Positions 23,833 to 37,051 of a stretch of DNA of 64,000 nt are shown piece by piece. The stretch spans positions 1,245,554 to 1,309,553 of the forward strand of contig CM119266.1 of assembly GCA_051294375.1 (NCBI GenBank), given 5' to 3'. Under the pieces are notes generated by a model. That model was given only the letters and a program-made list of their open reading frames with translations, was not told the DNA's origin and ran no database searches. The DNA is from Paraspadella gotoi. Taxonomy: Eukaryota; Animalia; Chaetognatha. Every line of letters begins with the position of its first letter. The first letter of the stretch is position 1. Position numbers and translations under genes: made by a program.

Positions 23833-26800
23833 TTAAGGAAACCCCCCTTGACTCCTCCTCCTCCGCTCGGGGTTGGACCACATGGAACACTTTTCTCTGG
23901 GGTTCATCCGCGAGCCTTTCGGGCAGGAGAAGGCGCGTGCAAAGCCCGGCTGCAGGGAGATGGTGCCGGAAACGCGGGGCTCGCCGGGAAGATGAGGGTC
24001 GGACAAGAGAGTTTGTTCGAGTTGAAAGTCGGAGGTTTTGTCGCACCTGGCGGAGAAAGGAGGAATTAAATATGCTAAATGAGATAAACGTACTATATAC
24101 TTCAGTCTTAACAAATTTAATAAAAAAAATTAAATTGAACCCTTTTCATGATCTACATACAATATTCAATTAGTTCCCAGCGCCTAATTTCTAAACAAAT
24201 GTCAAGAACCCATTTCCCAGGAAACCCTTCCACATCCCAACCAACTTTCAAAACTCACCACGCCTGCGCAAAGGCGACGTAAAAGAGCTGCTCCGGCACG
24301 AAAGACTCGAATCCCGGCAGCGGCGCCTCCTCGACACCGGCGCGCCCCTCGGCGACGAAGCGCCGATACGCCATCAGCGCCAGTTTGAGTCCGCCGGCGT
24401 CGGCAACGTTTTCGCCGAGACTGAGGAGCGGGTTGATGTTTGCGGCGCCGGCTTTGAACTGACCTAGTTAGTGGAGTTTAAAACGAGTTATGATAATCGA
24501 TGATAATCAATAAACAATGATAGTCGATAATCAAATTTAGTCCACTGGTTAAAGTTTTTTAATTGCATAGATGACAATGTCAAAAAAAAAACACGATTGT
24601 ATAGTATATATTGTATAGTATACTGTACTGTAACTTATCAGCTTATCAGATTACTAATTTAATCGTCAGCATCACGGACAAACAACGTCAGTCAGCACCC
24701 ACCACAGCACCACCCACTCACCGTAGTGTTTGACATAGCACTCGCTCTTCTTCTCGTACTGCAGCCCCGACGAGTTACTCCACCAGTTGGCCATGTCGCC
24801 CTCGGCGTCGAACTGCATCCCCGATCGATCGAATCCGTGGGTTATCTCGTGGCCGATGATGGCGCCTGGTGAGAAAGGGGGCGCCAAGAAGAGAGGAACG
24901 CGAATGGCATGGAAAATGAAGAAAGGGAATGAAAAGGCTGCCGTCTCTTTCACTATCTCTTTCCCGCTTTCTCTTTCTCTCCGCACTTCTCACCAATGGC
25001 GCCGTAGTTCATATACATGGGCGAGTCCTCGTCGAAGAGCGGCGTTTCAAAAATTCCCGCGGGAAACTCGATGCTGTTTTTGGCGAGATCGTTGAAGGCG
25101 TTGACGACGGCGGCGTTGATGTTGTGCCACTCTTCCCGCTCAGTCACGTCGCCTTGGAAACAAAAAGAAACAAACGTCCGACCTAATCTGACCCAATGCG
25201 GCAGTCGTTCCCCCCTTTTCCCTCACCGAGATACCGCGCCGTCTCTCGAAAGTAAAAGGCGGACCAGTTTATCCAACTCTTGAAGATGGTGTCGCCGTCG
25301 TGGACTTGGAATCCCGCTACGGAATCGTCCATCACCGTCACATTCATCAGCTGCTCGGGGTAGCCCATCTTGGTCAGCATAGCGTTGGCTTTTTCAATGG
25401 CTCTGGAAAAGTGAGATGGGGAATTTGATGTTAATTGGGGAATTGTTAGAAATTGTAGGTCGTCAAGTTACATTTCTTTTTTTCCCGTCCGTTTAATTCT
25501 CGGTTTCTCTTCCTTGTTAGACCGAGAAATTGATTCTTGAACCATCTTCTATCTTGACCATCTTTTTTTGCCAAACGAAATAAACCCATATAAAATTAAT
25601 AAAATCAAATCAAACTGCTTTAACAGAGTAATAACCATTAAAACTAATCATGCTTGCCTCGATTTCGTCTCGGTGCTCATCCAATCCAATCTCTGAATCT
25701 GTTGGATCAGAACATCTTTGATGTTCGTGATCATGTTTTCCACGGTGCGCTTGCTGTCCGGCGAAAAGTGCTCCTGCACACAAAGCCGCTCCAGTGGAGG
25801 CCGGCATCATCTCGGTGGTAACTAGTTGCACGCAGTATTCCTTGTATTTTTCCTGAGAAAGAAATATATCGAGAGGGAGTGATTGGAACCTAGCTTGGAG
25901 AGGATAGTGTAAAGATTAACTTTTAAATTTACCTGCGATATCATAGTATACGGAAAGGAACCGGGAAGGATGTAAGCCAATTTGTTGATCATCTGTAGCA
26001 CGAGGTAGTTTTGAATCTCGACCGGATCCGCAGTCTTCAGCAAGTCGTTGAGACTGAAGGCATTTTGCGGTTTAGAAAATTAGAATTTCTCAGCTTATTC
26101 TGTAGCAACAAATACATTTAGCTCAAGTCACAAGTTTCTAAATTATAATATAATATAATAATAATATACTAAGAAAGCTTCATTAATCTGGCACACCTGG
26201 AAAAGTATTCGATGTCAGTGACGATTATCTCGTAGTCCGTTTTGACGTCGACGTAACCTGCAGCGCGAAAAATCCCCAGAGATCGATGGAGTCGAACATG
26301 GCAACGACTTCGCCGAGACGCGGCTTGCCGTAGAGGGCGGTCAAGTTGAGGCGGGACTCGTCATCTTTGACCCTAAAGAGGAGAAAATGCGTATTGGGTA
26401 AGTATGTCAATTGGCGGAGTGTGGACGTGACCGTAAGAGGTTGAAAATGCTTAATGTCCGACGGCCGAGGTTTCGACATCAGCGTCAGTTTCTCGAGAAA
26501 AAAAAAATCAGAAAATCGAGGCAGCTGAATAAAAGCGTCAGAAAGGTTTATAACGTTTTGAAGGATACGAAGAACGTTGTACTACGTTGAAAATAAGATC
26601 TTAAAAATAAATTTAAACTGAATGAAATAACATTTTAAAAGATTTAACTCTAAAAACAGCAACAAAAAAAAGCAAATCTAATTAAATTGGGATGAAAACC
26701 TTCAGTTATGTCATCACGCTTCTTACTCTCGAAATTGGGGAATTTTTTGGATGTGAAAGGCACTCACAAACATTCACGCCTCTCACGTCTCACCCAAATT

Positions 26801-29800
26801 TTCCGCGATGTCAAACTTCGCCTCTAATTCCTATTCTTTCCAACCACCTCTCTCGGACTATTTGGCAAAAATATTTTTAAAATGGATCTTACATAGCATA
26901 CAAAGTTAAAAATATAATTGCTCCATTTCAGAAGATTTGGAAATTTTTCATTTTTTTTTGGTTCTAATAAATAGTTAAATGCCTTAATGTTTGGATTCGT
27001 TTCAAAAGTTAACAAAGTCTTAGAATTTAGTATATAAAAGGCAAAAAAAGAATATATTCAAAAATTCCCAATGATAAAACTTCGTGGGGCCACCTTACTC
27101 TCCCTCCCCCCCCCAAAAAAAAACCTTTGAAAATGCGGCGAGCTTCTTCTCAAAGTCGACGGATTTCGCGGCGAAGGTTGTCGCCTCGTCGTCGTTCATG
27201 TCGAGATAAAAGCCGACGACTCGGACGACTTCGCGCAGTTGGGTCAGTCGGAGAGGGTCCTGGCGGAAGGGGGGGTAGGTTGTGAGGGTAAGTGTCGGAG
27301 GGAGACAGACAGGGAAAAAAATCTAAACCTTTGAGTAATTTAATAGAATACTTTTTAGAATCCTTTTTTATATTGTCTCTGAATTGACCTCTTTCGACTT
27401 CTCTTTCAATCCGTCCCCTTTTCACCCTCTTTCCCCACCCAAACCCTCACCCTGTAAAACTTGGGATGCGACAAAGAGAGTCCGCTCTGGTCCAAAGCAA
27501 GAACGAGTCGCTCATCTCCGAGGATGTCTCGCAGCGGAGCGAACTCGAACAGGGCGTCCGCTTTCAGCCGCAGCAGAGCCACCTCCACAGCGCGAGTGAG
27601 GTTCCACGTGGGTGAGGGGCGTTTGAGGGAGAGAGGGTAAGTGCCCGTCATAGAACGGAGGACGTTTTCCACCTGATTGACTCATTGAAAGAAAGAGGGG
27701 GGGAAAAAGGAGTGAAAGAAAAAATCAACCACATGAAATTCATTTAACTAGGTCAGAGAGAGATCGCCATTTTCTCTCTTCCCTTTGAAAAAAAAAAAAT
27801 AACGCTTTTCGCGCCCAGCGCGAATACGGATTCAAGATTTCACATGTTTACAAAACAAAATGTCCGACGTTGATCGACGTTTATCACCAAACACACCGCT
27901 ATATATACACTCACTCGTATCACAGTGCCTCCCGCCCACCATCACAGACACTCATTTTTACAATTACAGTCACAAAAGTCATTGACGTTTTCCCAGCTTT
28001 GCAACATTTATGAATGAGTGGTCGCTGACCTGGACTTCTTCCTTCGTAAAAAAACATCTAAAAGATGGCCCGCAGTCTTTACTATCTTTCTTCACTGGTC
28101 AAATTTGGCCGAATAGCCAATCCTCTTTTGTCTAACGTCGAAGTTCTCCACAGTTATACCTATAATATACGGAAATCAATACAATATGTTATATTAGTTG
28201 CGCCCCTAAACACTTTTTCGATGCGGGTCTAAAACTACCAACTAATGTCGGAAAAAATCTAAATAAATCTAGGTTTTCCCTCCTCTGTTTGGAACGGAGC
28301 TCGGGTCCTCGTTTTTATGTCATGTTATTCCGCCTTTTCATTTCCATCGTTTCTTTTTTATTTGGAGTTTAGTTCCACAGTAGTGTTTCGCTATTAGTTA
28401 CAACCCTTCTCTTTTTTTCTTTTCCTTGATCACTTACACTTATAAATATAGTCTAATATATCTCTAAACTTTGACATTTAGTTGTTTTAATTTTCTCGCT
28501 TCTCTTTCTCACACTTTCACTGGTCACATTCCATTCGCTTAGATTCGTTCTTTCGACTCTCTCTCATCTCTCTCTCTCTCTCCCTCTCTCTCCTCTCTCT
28601 GTCAAAAAATCATCGTTTACANNNNNNNNNNNNNNNNNNNNNNNNNNNNNNNNNNNNNNNNNGGATGAAATATTACCGACCAAAATAACCCCGGGGTCAA
28701 CTATACAACCGTCTCCATCTTTCTTTCCTTTTCCCCTTCTTTGACACCCTAACCAGTAAGCACTCCAAGAAATCAAAAAAATTATGCACTTTAGTTTTTT
28801 TTAAGTATCCGTTCATTCCGCCCCCCGATTGAAACTTTGTACGTCTCGCGATGTTTAAAGCTCAATAACACAAATATATAAAATAAAATATATATAAATT
28901 TCATGGAAACAAAACTAACCTCCCGCTTAATTTTGTCAGCGCTGGCGGGGGCCTTGATGCACTGATCGGCGAGAGTCTTGACTTTGCGCTCTGAACTGAG
29001 TTCGTAGTCTCGCTTGACGGGTTCGAAGACAAGCTCCTCCACCTTGCGCGCGTTCTCGTGGTGGACATGGTAGAGGCCCGTGCCCACAGTTTGGCCGGGA
29101 CCTGTGAGTAGGGGTATAAGCTTTAGGGGCTCAAATTCTGTTGTCAAAATTACTTTGGAAGCTGCTACAGATAGTTCAAAGCAAACCAGTCTTTTTAACA
29201 AAATTAATTAGGTATTAATTTTTACAGTATGAAAATTTGGTATAATTTCCCCCCCAAGTCCAAAGAATCCCTCACCCGATTTTCACTGCCCTCACTCTTC
29301 CATCCTTACCCGCCGGCAGCGTGGTGTCACGGACCCAAGATCCGCAGCTGAACTCGTAAAAGTCCTGACACGGATCCGCTTCGAGGTTCATATGCGCAGA
29401 GACGCGTCGTCCGATGTGACACCGACGAGACCAACATTTCGTGCCTAACCACACGGACACGCCCACAACCGCCAACACAGCCGCCACAACCGCCACCGCC
29501 AGGCAACATCGCAGCCGTTTTCGACGAACGCGGACCTCTGGCGAGAGGAGGTGAAAGTTGGAGAAAGGGAGAGAGAGGGAGAAAGAGAGACAGAGAGAGA
29601 AGGGAATCAAGGAAAACAAGGTAGGAGAAACGGTTAAAAAAACTTTATTTTTTTCGTGACTATTTTTCACGTAAATCTACAAACTAAATTGTTCAAAACT
29701 ACCAAAAGCGGTTTGAACATTTAAAATGGCCTTCTCTTCTTTTTCCACGTCCGACTTTTCTTCTTCCATTTCCAATTTCTCTCGTTTTCACGAAAATATC

Positions 29801-30017
29801 GATTTTTTCTATTCTTCCGCAAAAAACGACGGTAACGTTGACTTTTACGAGAATTAATCGTTTGTTTACAAACAACGTCATGTACTGCGACTGAAGAACA
29901 GTGGACCTATTGCTTACGGGCATGGGAATGGAAGGTATTATTTCGTTTTAAAATTATCAATTAATAAAATTAAAATATAAATAAATAAGAAAACATAACC
30001 TCACCTGTTTTCGACAT
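23833..30017 (-). CDS. M13 family zinc metallopeptidase (neprilysin/ECE-like), type II membrane protein, ~13 exons
   Basis: Exons: 30017-30005 (start uncertain), 29537-29310, 29101-28920, 27672-27451, 27259-27125, 26372-26197, 26053-25933, 25852-25658, 25402-25227, 25152-24994, 24865-24722, 24463-24259, 24046-23833. Motifs: TM helix LAVAVVAAVLAVVGVSVWL, DPCQDFYEFSCGSW, LDWMS, KMGYP, VNAFN..NSIEFPAGI, GHEITHGFD, GENVADAGG, DPHLP..PRV, MNPREKCSMW. About three single-base indels break the frame in this assembly. Confidence 0.9.
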
Positions 30018-30721
30018 TGCCGTCTATTTTTGGGCGCGAGTAATTTTTCGTCAGCAGTACCGCTTCATCTTCGTTATTCTTTATCGGGATGAATGTTCTT
30101 GGTCCGAAAGCAGACGTTCTCTTTTCCACCCGGAATGTCCGTACAGGATGAACGTTCTCCGAACGGAGGTCAGGGCCGGAGTGGCGCCCTAATTGTCCAC
30201 TGAATCGCCCGATTTCCACACGATTGTCATAATGGTTACGGGGATGACTTAACTTCCATAAAATCCGTTTTAAACGAAATTATGGCTAAATTTTATAAAA
30301 CTAAGTGATTTTAAAATTAAGGCGTTGAAATTCCGTGTTGTGTTTCTTTTTTTTTTTNNNNNNNNNNAAAATTAAGGCGTTGAAATTCCGTGTTGTTTCT
30401 TTTTTTTTAAATAGAGCAGAGTGCTCTTTTGTTTTTTTGGTCCTAATTTTATTAAGTAGGCACATGAAGGGATTTAAAAAGCTGCAAAGGAAGAAAATTA
30501 AAGGGACAGGTTGAACTGGTCCGTTTCGTAAGCGCCGCGTTGACTTTATGGTTTTANNNNNNNNNNGTCCGTTTCGTAAGCGACGCGTTGACTTTATGGT
30601 TTTAATCATTAAAGAAATTCAGAATCAGTTAACCGAAAACCCAGCAGACGTAACTTCTTCACAATTCGAGGGAAAAAACCCAAATTTCTCGTTTGAAAAA
30701 TAATCGAGTCGAAAACGCGTG

Positions 30722-30837
<116 letters not shown>

Positions 30838-31355
30838 TAAAGGAAGACCGCCGAATCTGACCCAAGGCGATGAGTCGAAAAACCCCGAGTCGAGAAGTTG
30901 AAGAGTTTCTCCCGTGAGATTCGGGAGCCAAGTATGAGATTCGGCGGGAGGCGTTCGACATGGAAAAACGAAAGGGTTCGGGGAGATTCGGAATTTGGCA
31001 AAATTACTTGTTCTAATCTATTTTACAAATAACATGTTAGATTCATGTTGCTAAATATAAGGTTTAAATATTTAACGTTTTGTGTTTTATAATTGAAAGA
31101 AAAAGTTTTGTCTTTTGGAAATACAGTAATTATACTATTTAAGAATAAAGGGTTTTAATTATTAGAAAAGTTAGAAGGACAATTTTCCAAAAAAAATATA
31201 TAGCTGACTGTTAATAAAAAAGCCCAAAATGCTTTACTCTTCACAATTCAATAAATTTTAAACTAAAATTAGCGTTTAAATTACGATGGAATAAATTATT
31301 TTCAAGTTAACTTGATTAAGAAAAATTAGTTATGTGCAAAAATAGATGATTCGAA

Positions 31356-31410
<55 letters not shown>

Positions 31411-32718
31411 AAGAGCGGGGGAAACCGAGAAAGAACAACAAACTACATAACCGGCAGGCGAGGAAATAAATATTTTGTAGGGAGCGATGGAGTGAGCGAG
31501 AGAAAGTCAGAGAGAGAGGGAGTGCGATAAACTAGGATTTCTGATCCTTTTTCAACGATAAAACAATCCGAAGACTTTTGTGTTTCGTACATTAAGAAAC
31601 TTGCGTCAAAATTGTTTTCAAAAGTTAAAAAAAAAAAAACAAAAAAAAACTGTGGAATGTTTAATCTACAATCAGTTTGGGCATCGAAAGAATTTTAGAT
31701 TTCATCCCGTTTGTATTTTTAAATTCTTACCAGTTCTTTTTATGTAATCGTTAAAAAAGATATTATTTTTCTGTTTTTTTTTACTTTTTATGGTTATAGC
31801 TTCCGTTTTGACCTCATATTGTTTCCAGTTTCTAAAGGGATTTATTTGAATTTTGACGGAGTTGTTATCAACAAAATTCTACGTCAGAGAGACGGAAATA
31901 AAAAAAACGAATAAAATCAATAAAATCGAAAAAAACTAATAAAACAGATTTATTAGACCAGCGAATTATTTCAAGCACAACTTTTTCTTTTGATTCAAAA
32001 AAAGCTTGCCTCAACCTTTGAGCTAAACTTAAATTTTTTTTTTATTTTGTGTCGTTCCCATAATTTACCTTTCACAAAAATATAAAAAATACTTAAACTC
32101 TTAAACAAGTCAATAACTCGAAAAGTTTTAATGCGCGAATTTGGCGCCAATCCAATTCGAACCCAATATTTTTATTCGTTTTTACATTGTTATGTTCAAG
32201 GATCGACCGAGCCTTTTTTTTTTTTTGCTTTATAAAGATAAACGATATTATCATAGATAAGAAAATCGATTTTGGGCGGGGCGAAACAAAGATTAAGAAA
32301 TTAAAAGTCGTTCGTAAAGAGAAACGCTTCCCCTCCCTCACAAAACCCCATTGTCTGTCAAATCTCACACCCCCCCCCCTCAAAGAGAAGAAAAACCAGC
32401 CTTCGTTGCCTTTTCCGTTGAAGACCAACAGTCGCCCACTTAGTTTAAAGACGACCATCTTCCAAAGAGAAAAAAATGGAAAAACCCCGACTGTGAAAAG
32501 TTTGAAAAGCGAGCGAGTTTTTTTTGGTTTTTTATATTAAAAATAATTTTAGTTGATTAAAATAATATTCAAATAGAAATTATTCCCAATTTTTTTATTC
32601 TTCCGGGCGACTTTTTTTATTTAGTCGATTGAGGAATCCGTGAGACGAAAAATCATGACGAGAAGATGACACGTGAAATATGAGAGAGAGAGAGAGAGAG
32701 AGAGAGGAGAGGAGAGAG

Positions 32719-32764
<46 letters not shown>

Positions 32765-32849
32765 CCGATGAATTGTTTTCCGATGAATAAAATCTTTAGG
32801 TGCAAAGGAAAGAAATGATCCTGACAATGGGCCGCGTGGTATCACTTTC

Positions 32850-32955
<106 letters not shown>

Positions 32956-33275
32956 TTCTTTCTATATTCAATTCTCAAATTAGATAAAAAGCAATGTTAT
33001 TTCATTTCACTCTTTAAAAATGAAAATCACCGAAGAATGTGAAGAACTAAGAAAAAATTGAACGAGAATATTTATAAAAAAAATAAGAAAAACGAGCGAA
33101 AGTACAAACAAAAGAGCAAAGAAAAAAAAAGAGAGAAAAAACGAACAAACGAACGTACAAATGAACGAAAGTACGAACAATAGAACGAACGTCAATTCGC
33201 TTTTTAAATCTCGTTAGCGAAAAAAGAGAGAAAAAAATTTCTCTTACTTTGCTTGCGATCTCTCTCTCTCTCTCT

Positions 33276-33344
<69 letters not shown>

Positions 33345-34649
33345 GTATAGCTTCCCTCGTTGTCTGACAGTTACTCGATCAAGATTCAACCTCACGGCGG
33401 GGCGATGATCGGGGCGGCCCGGTTTTTCATGTAGTTACAATGTTAGGGCTTGTGAATCTTGTTTAAAAGGGCGGCGTGAACCAAGCAGTGAATCAAGGTC
33501 AGGGGTGAATAAAAGATTCGTTTCTTTCTTTGTCTTCTCTCAAAGGAAGGAAAGGATCAAACAAGTGATCCAAGGTCACAATCGAATAATAAAAACATTA
33601 AAATGAGAATAACAATTTGAATAAAACATTAAAATGTCTAATCGTATGAAGAAAGACCCGGACAGACCGGGAATCGAATCGACTCTACGTATAAAACAAA
33701 ACTATTTAATTCGGTCGTTAACATTTTAGTTGACTTATTGAATTGACCTTCTAAACTCTCCAATTACGTATAGAGTAAACTAAAAAAAATATATTTTTTT
33801 CCTAATAGTTTAACAATGAATAGAAAATTGTATCTTTTCCATTCACTAACAACGCCATAAATTTATCTTAACTTAAATTTAATTAATTTAATTTAACTTG
33901 AATATAACTTTTTGTGGTCTCGATCTACTTTCTTTTTACAACATTCTCGTCTACATAAATTTTTCTAACCAAACCGTCAAAGCGGTCATTTCAGCCACGA
34001 GTCTTGGTTTATGAGGATCCATAAAACCATAAATGGGATTTTGTCGTGATTCTTTAATTGCTGTGACGAGCCTTTTGAGTTTGATCGATGGGTAAATACT
34101 TTTCATTCATGTCTACTACCTCTAGTAATTTTAGCTTAGGCTTTATATGTATATTGTACAATGTTTTTCGAAAGTATAACGAATTCCTTTATATCTTTAA
34201 TGAAATCAGTTCTGATCTCACTTGGATCTTTTATCTTTAAATTTAGTATAGCAGTGTTCTTTTGTTTATTCAAAGTAATATTTTTTTTTCGGTCGCGAGA
34301 AGCAGCACAAATCACTCAAGGCAATTTTCAAAACCAAAAGACGCCCGATTTCCGACTGCGAACTAATTATCACACGGTAAGCTATGACGATAGTAAATAA
34401 ATATATATATAAAATTATTAATAACAAGCTCAAACGCTTATTTAACTACAATTGATTTCCCATATTTTCCTTTTTCTAAGCCAAACTGTAAAGGAGACGG
34501 ACAAGTTTTATTTTTTTTTGCCAAATAAGATTATCAACGCAATACAAGTAAATCCATGTCGCAGAAATTAAAACGTCAAACAGAAAAAAAACCCAAAAAA
34601 ACCAAAAGCTCACGAAAAAATAAATCTCATGTTAAATCAAAATCCCAAA

Positions 34650-34865
34650 TCACAAATCTTTGAAGTCGTCGGCCCGCGCGATGGAACTTTTCGCCAATTT
34701 CAAAAGTTCATCGATGTCGTTTTCAACTTTGGAGATTTGCTTCTGTCTCTTATCTCTCTCTGTCTCTGTCTCAGTCTGTCTCTCCGTCTCCGTCGTCCTT
34801 TCCTTCTTCTCCTTCATCTCCTCCGAGAGAGAGAGAGAGCTTTTCGGTTCGCCTCCTTCCGCCAT
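34650..34865 (-). CDS. Unknown 71-aa charged/coiled-coil protein
   Basis: ACG ATG G start, exon-like GC content, amphipathic C-terminus KQISKVENDIDELLKLAKSSIARADDFKDL, upstream T-tract plus CAG acceptor at 34933-34935, and AATAAA downstream at ~34507-34512. Confidence 0.5.
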   Translation of the reverse strand: MAEGGEPKSSLSLSEEMKEKKERTTETERQTETETERDKRQKQISKVENDIDELLKLAKSSIARADDFKDL

Positions 34866-35234
34866 CGTTGGTTTAAATTTGCGTTAATTAAACAACGTTT
34901 GTTTAAAATTACTAGTATTCGTTTAAAATGCTCTGTCAAAAAAAACAAAAGATATCGAAGAAAAAAAGAGAACGAAATTAAATTTAAAATTCTTTGACCG
35001 AATCGCGGAGCGGAAACTGGATAATTTAATGGCTTCATAGTAATAAATAACGATGCTGGATGAACGATTTTTAATAAATAAATAAATAAATGATCTCAGT
35101 AGTTCTTTTAAATAATTACCAATCCCTTACTCTTCCTAATCTCTTTATAATCTCTGCTCCTACTTCATTCCTCCCTCATTTTCGCTTCATCCATCCCTCT
35201 ATCATTCCATCTCTCCATCCATCCTCCATTTTCT

Positions 35235-35625
35235 TTACGAATCGTCGTCCTTCGCTTCTCCAGGTTTCGTGTTCCTCGTGAAGATGAGTTGAGAGTGATG
35301 TGTCACAACGCGACGAATCAAACCTGTGAAGTGAGGAAACGGTAAGTGAGACTGAGAGAAAGAGTGAAAATTGGGGACAAAGGACATGAATGTTAAAGTT
35401 TGGGATGGCGAAAGTAATGGGTATCCGTTTCAGAGGGGGGGGGGAGTAATTCTCGATGTTTGGGTAAGTTTAAGCCAGGTAAGTTTACCTTTTGACTCCA
35501 ACTCCTGCAGAGCGAATCTGGCCAAGGATCCGCGAATCTTGAGTCTCTCTGAGACGACAGACGGAGTAATGAGTTTGTAGGACGGAACCTGAGATAGAGA
35601 TGGAGTGGCAGACATTGAAAACTCG

Positions 35626-35660
<35 letters not shown>

Positions 35661-35913
35661 ATAGAGATGGAGTGGGAGACCTTGAAAACACGCACTCTCT
35701 CTCTCTCTCTCTCCAACAATATTTTACCTCCTTGTAAAGCTTGTCGTACGTGGCTTTGTCGAAGAGAACAAGATTGTTGAGCTTGTCCCTGACCTTTCCC
35801 TTAGACCACTTCTTCTTCTTGGCCTTGCCTCCTCCGCCTTCCTTGGGTTTGGCCTTAGCTGACGACGCCCCAGGTTTGGCCTTGCCTTTGTCCCCGCCCG
35901 CTTTCGGAGGCAT
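35235..35913 (-). CDS. RPS25: 40S ribosomal protein S25 (eS25)
   Basis: Exons 35913-35727, 35588-35489, 35323-35235 give MPPK...[36 protein letters not shown]|[33 protein letters not shown]|[20 protein letters not shown]. Confidence 0.97.
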
Positions 35914-36711
35914 ATTTATTTTTAAAAATGTTTCTAACTTGAAATAAAACTATAAAAACAAAAATAAATCGACTAAGTTTAAACGAATTGGACGAACAAA
36001 GATTCTTGGGGGTTTTTGAAATGATTTTGTTAATAAAAACAATTAAAGACTTTTTAAAATGAATATTATTTTGTCTCAATGACTTTTTAATAAATGGAAC
36101 AAAGTGTAAATATGGATGAACGAATTAATGAAATAAGGACAGCGAATTGAATGATTTGTTTTTAATAAGGATGTATCTTAAATAGAATATTTATATATAA
36201 GTGTCCATTCTGCTGTCCACCATTAGATGTAAATGATCAACTGTACTAGCAACAAATCATAAATTAATAACAACTTTGATTAATAAATAATAAACGGAAA
36301 AAATATGCGAAACAATAAATACCACTGTCATCAAGTCACTTCAAAACATTTTGGTAAAAATTCTAATGTTTCTATTGCGCATGCAAAAAAAGTGTACTGT
36401 GCATGCTAAATTGTTAAGTGAGCAACCGCAAACTAAAAAATTAAACAGAAATAAATAGTAATAATTTATATCACATTTCAAGGTTCCATGAAATGGCCAC
36501 AGAGTCATCTTGAGCTCTTTAATCTCAATATGAGCGCGATATAAATATAAATGTCAATTATAACCTAAAAATCAGAAAAGGGAAGAATCTTCAATATGAA
36601 GCAACGAAACGGTTTTTTAAACAAGAATTAACTACTACGAACTGTGTTGATAAAGCAAATTGTTTTGCCAGGAAGGGCGTTCCTTTGCCAACATTTTGAC
36701 TCAGGGATGGC

Positions 36712-36726
36712 GGAGAAGGGAAAGAG
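36712..36726 (-). promoter_or_regulatory. TCT / 5'TOP polypyrimidine initiator, likely the RPS25 transcription start
   Basis: Minus strand CTCTTTCCCTTCTCC followed by GCCATC (YY1-like), ~800 bp upstream of the RPS25 ATG and downstream of the SMYD4-like AATAAA (~36989-36994). This arrangement is typical of ribosomal protein promoters. Confidence 0.6.
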
Positions 36727-37051
36727 TTTTCGCTCGCACAAATTAAAAAAATATAGTAAACTGACAATGTTAACTATTTCTCATGTGTATAGAGCTCCAT
36801 AACATTCGGACGAAAGAAAGCGTCAACCTTCCTTTCAACACAGATTCATAGAATTAAATAAATTACAGATGGCGAGAGGGGATAAATCTTACACATCACC
36901 AAAGGGGTCGATAAGCGGCCATCAACCTACTCGTTATGGGAACCCTCTAGCATGAGTTAAATTAAGATGCCCAGAATTTAGTTTAAATTTTATTCTAACG
37001 AGGATCGTTATATCGTGATCGATATTCATCGTCGTCGTCGTCACCCTCTCG

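Noticed and set aside
25780-26372. Frameshifts in the M13 gene (also ~7135, 49870-50010, ~60863 and the 17218/16929 junction) as pseudogenisation, programmed frameshifting or RNA editing
   Set aside because: They are single-base indels, mostly in homopolymers, scattered over several essential genes next to visibly noisy sequence. Uncorrected long-read error is far more likely, and catalytic motifs are intact.
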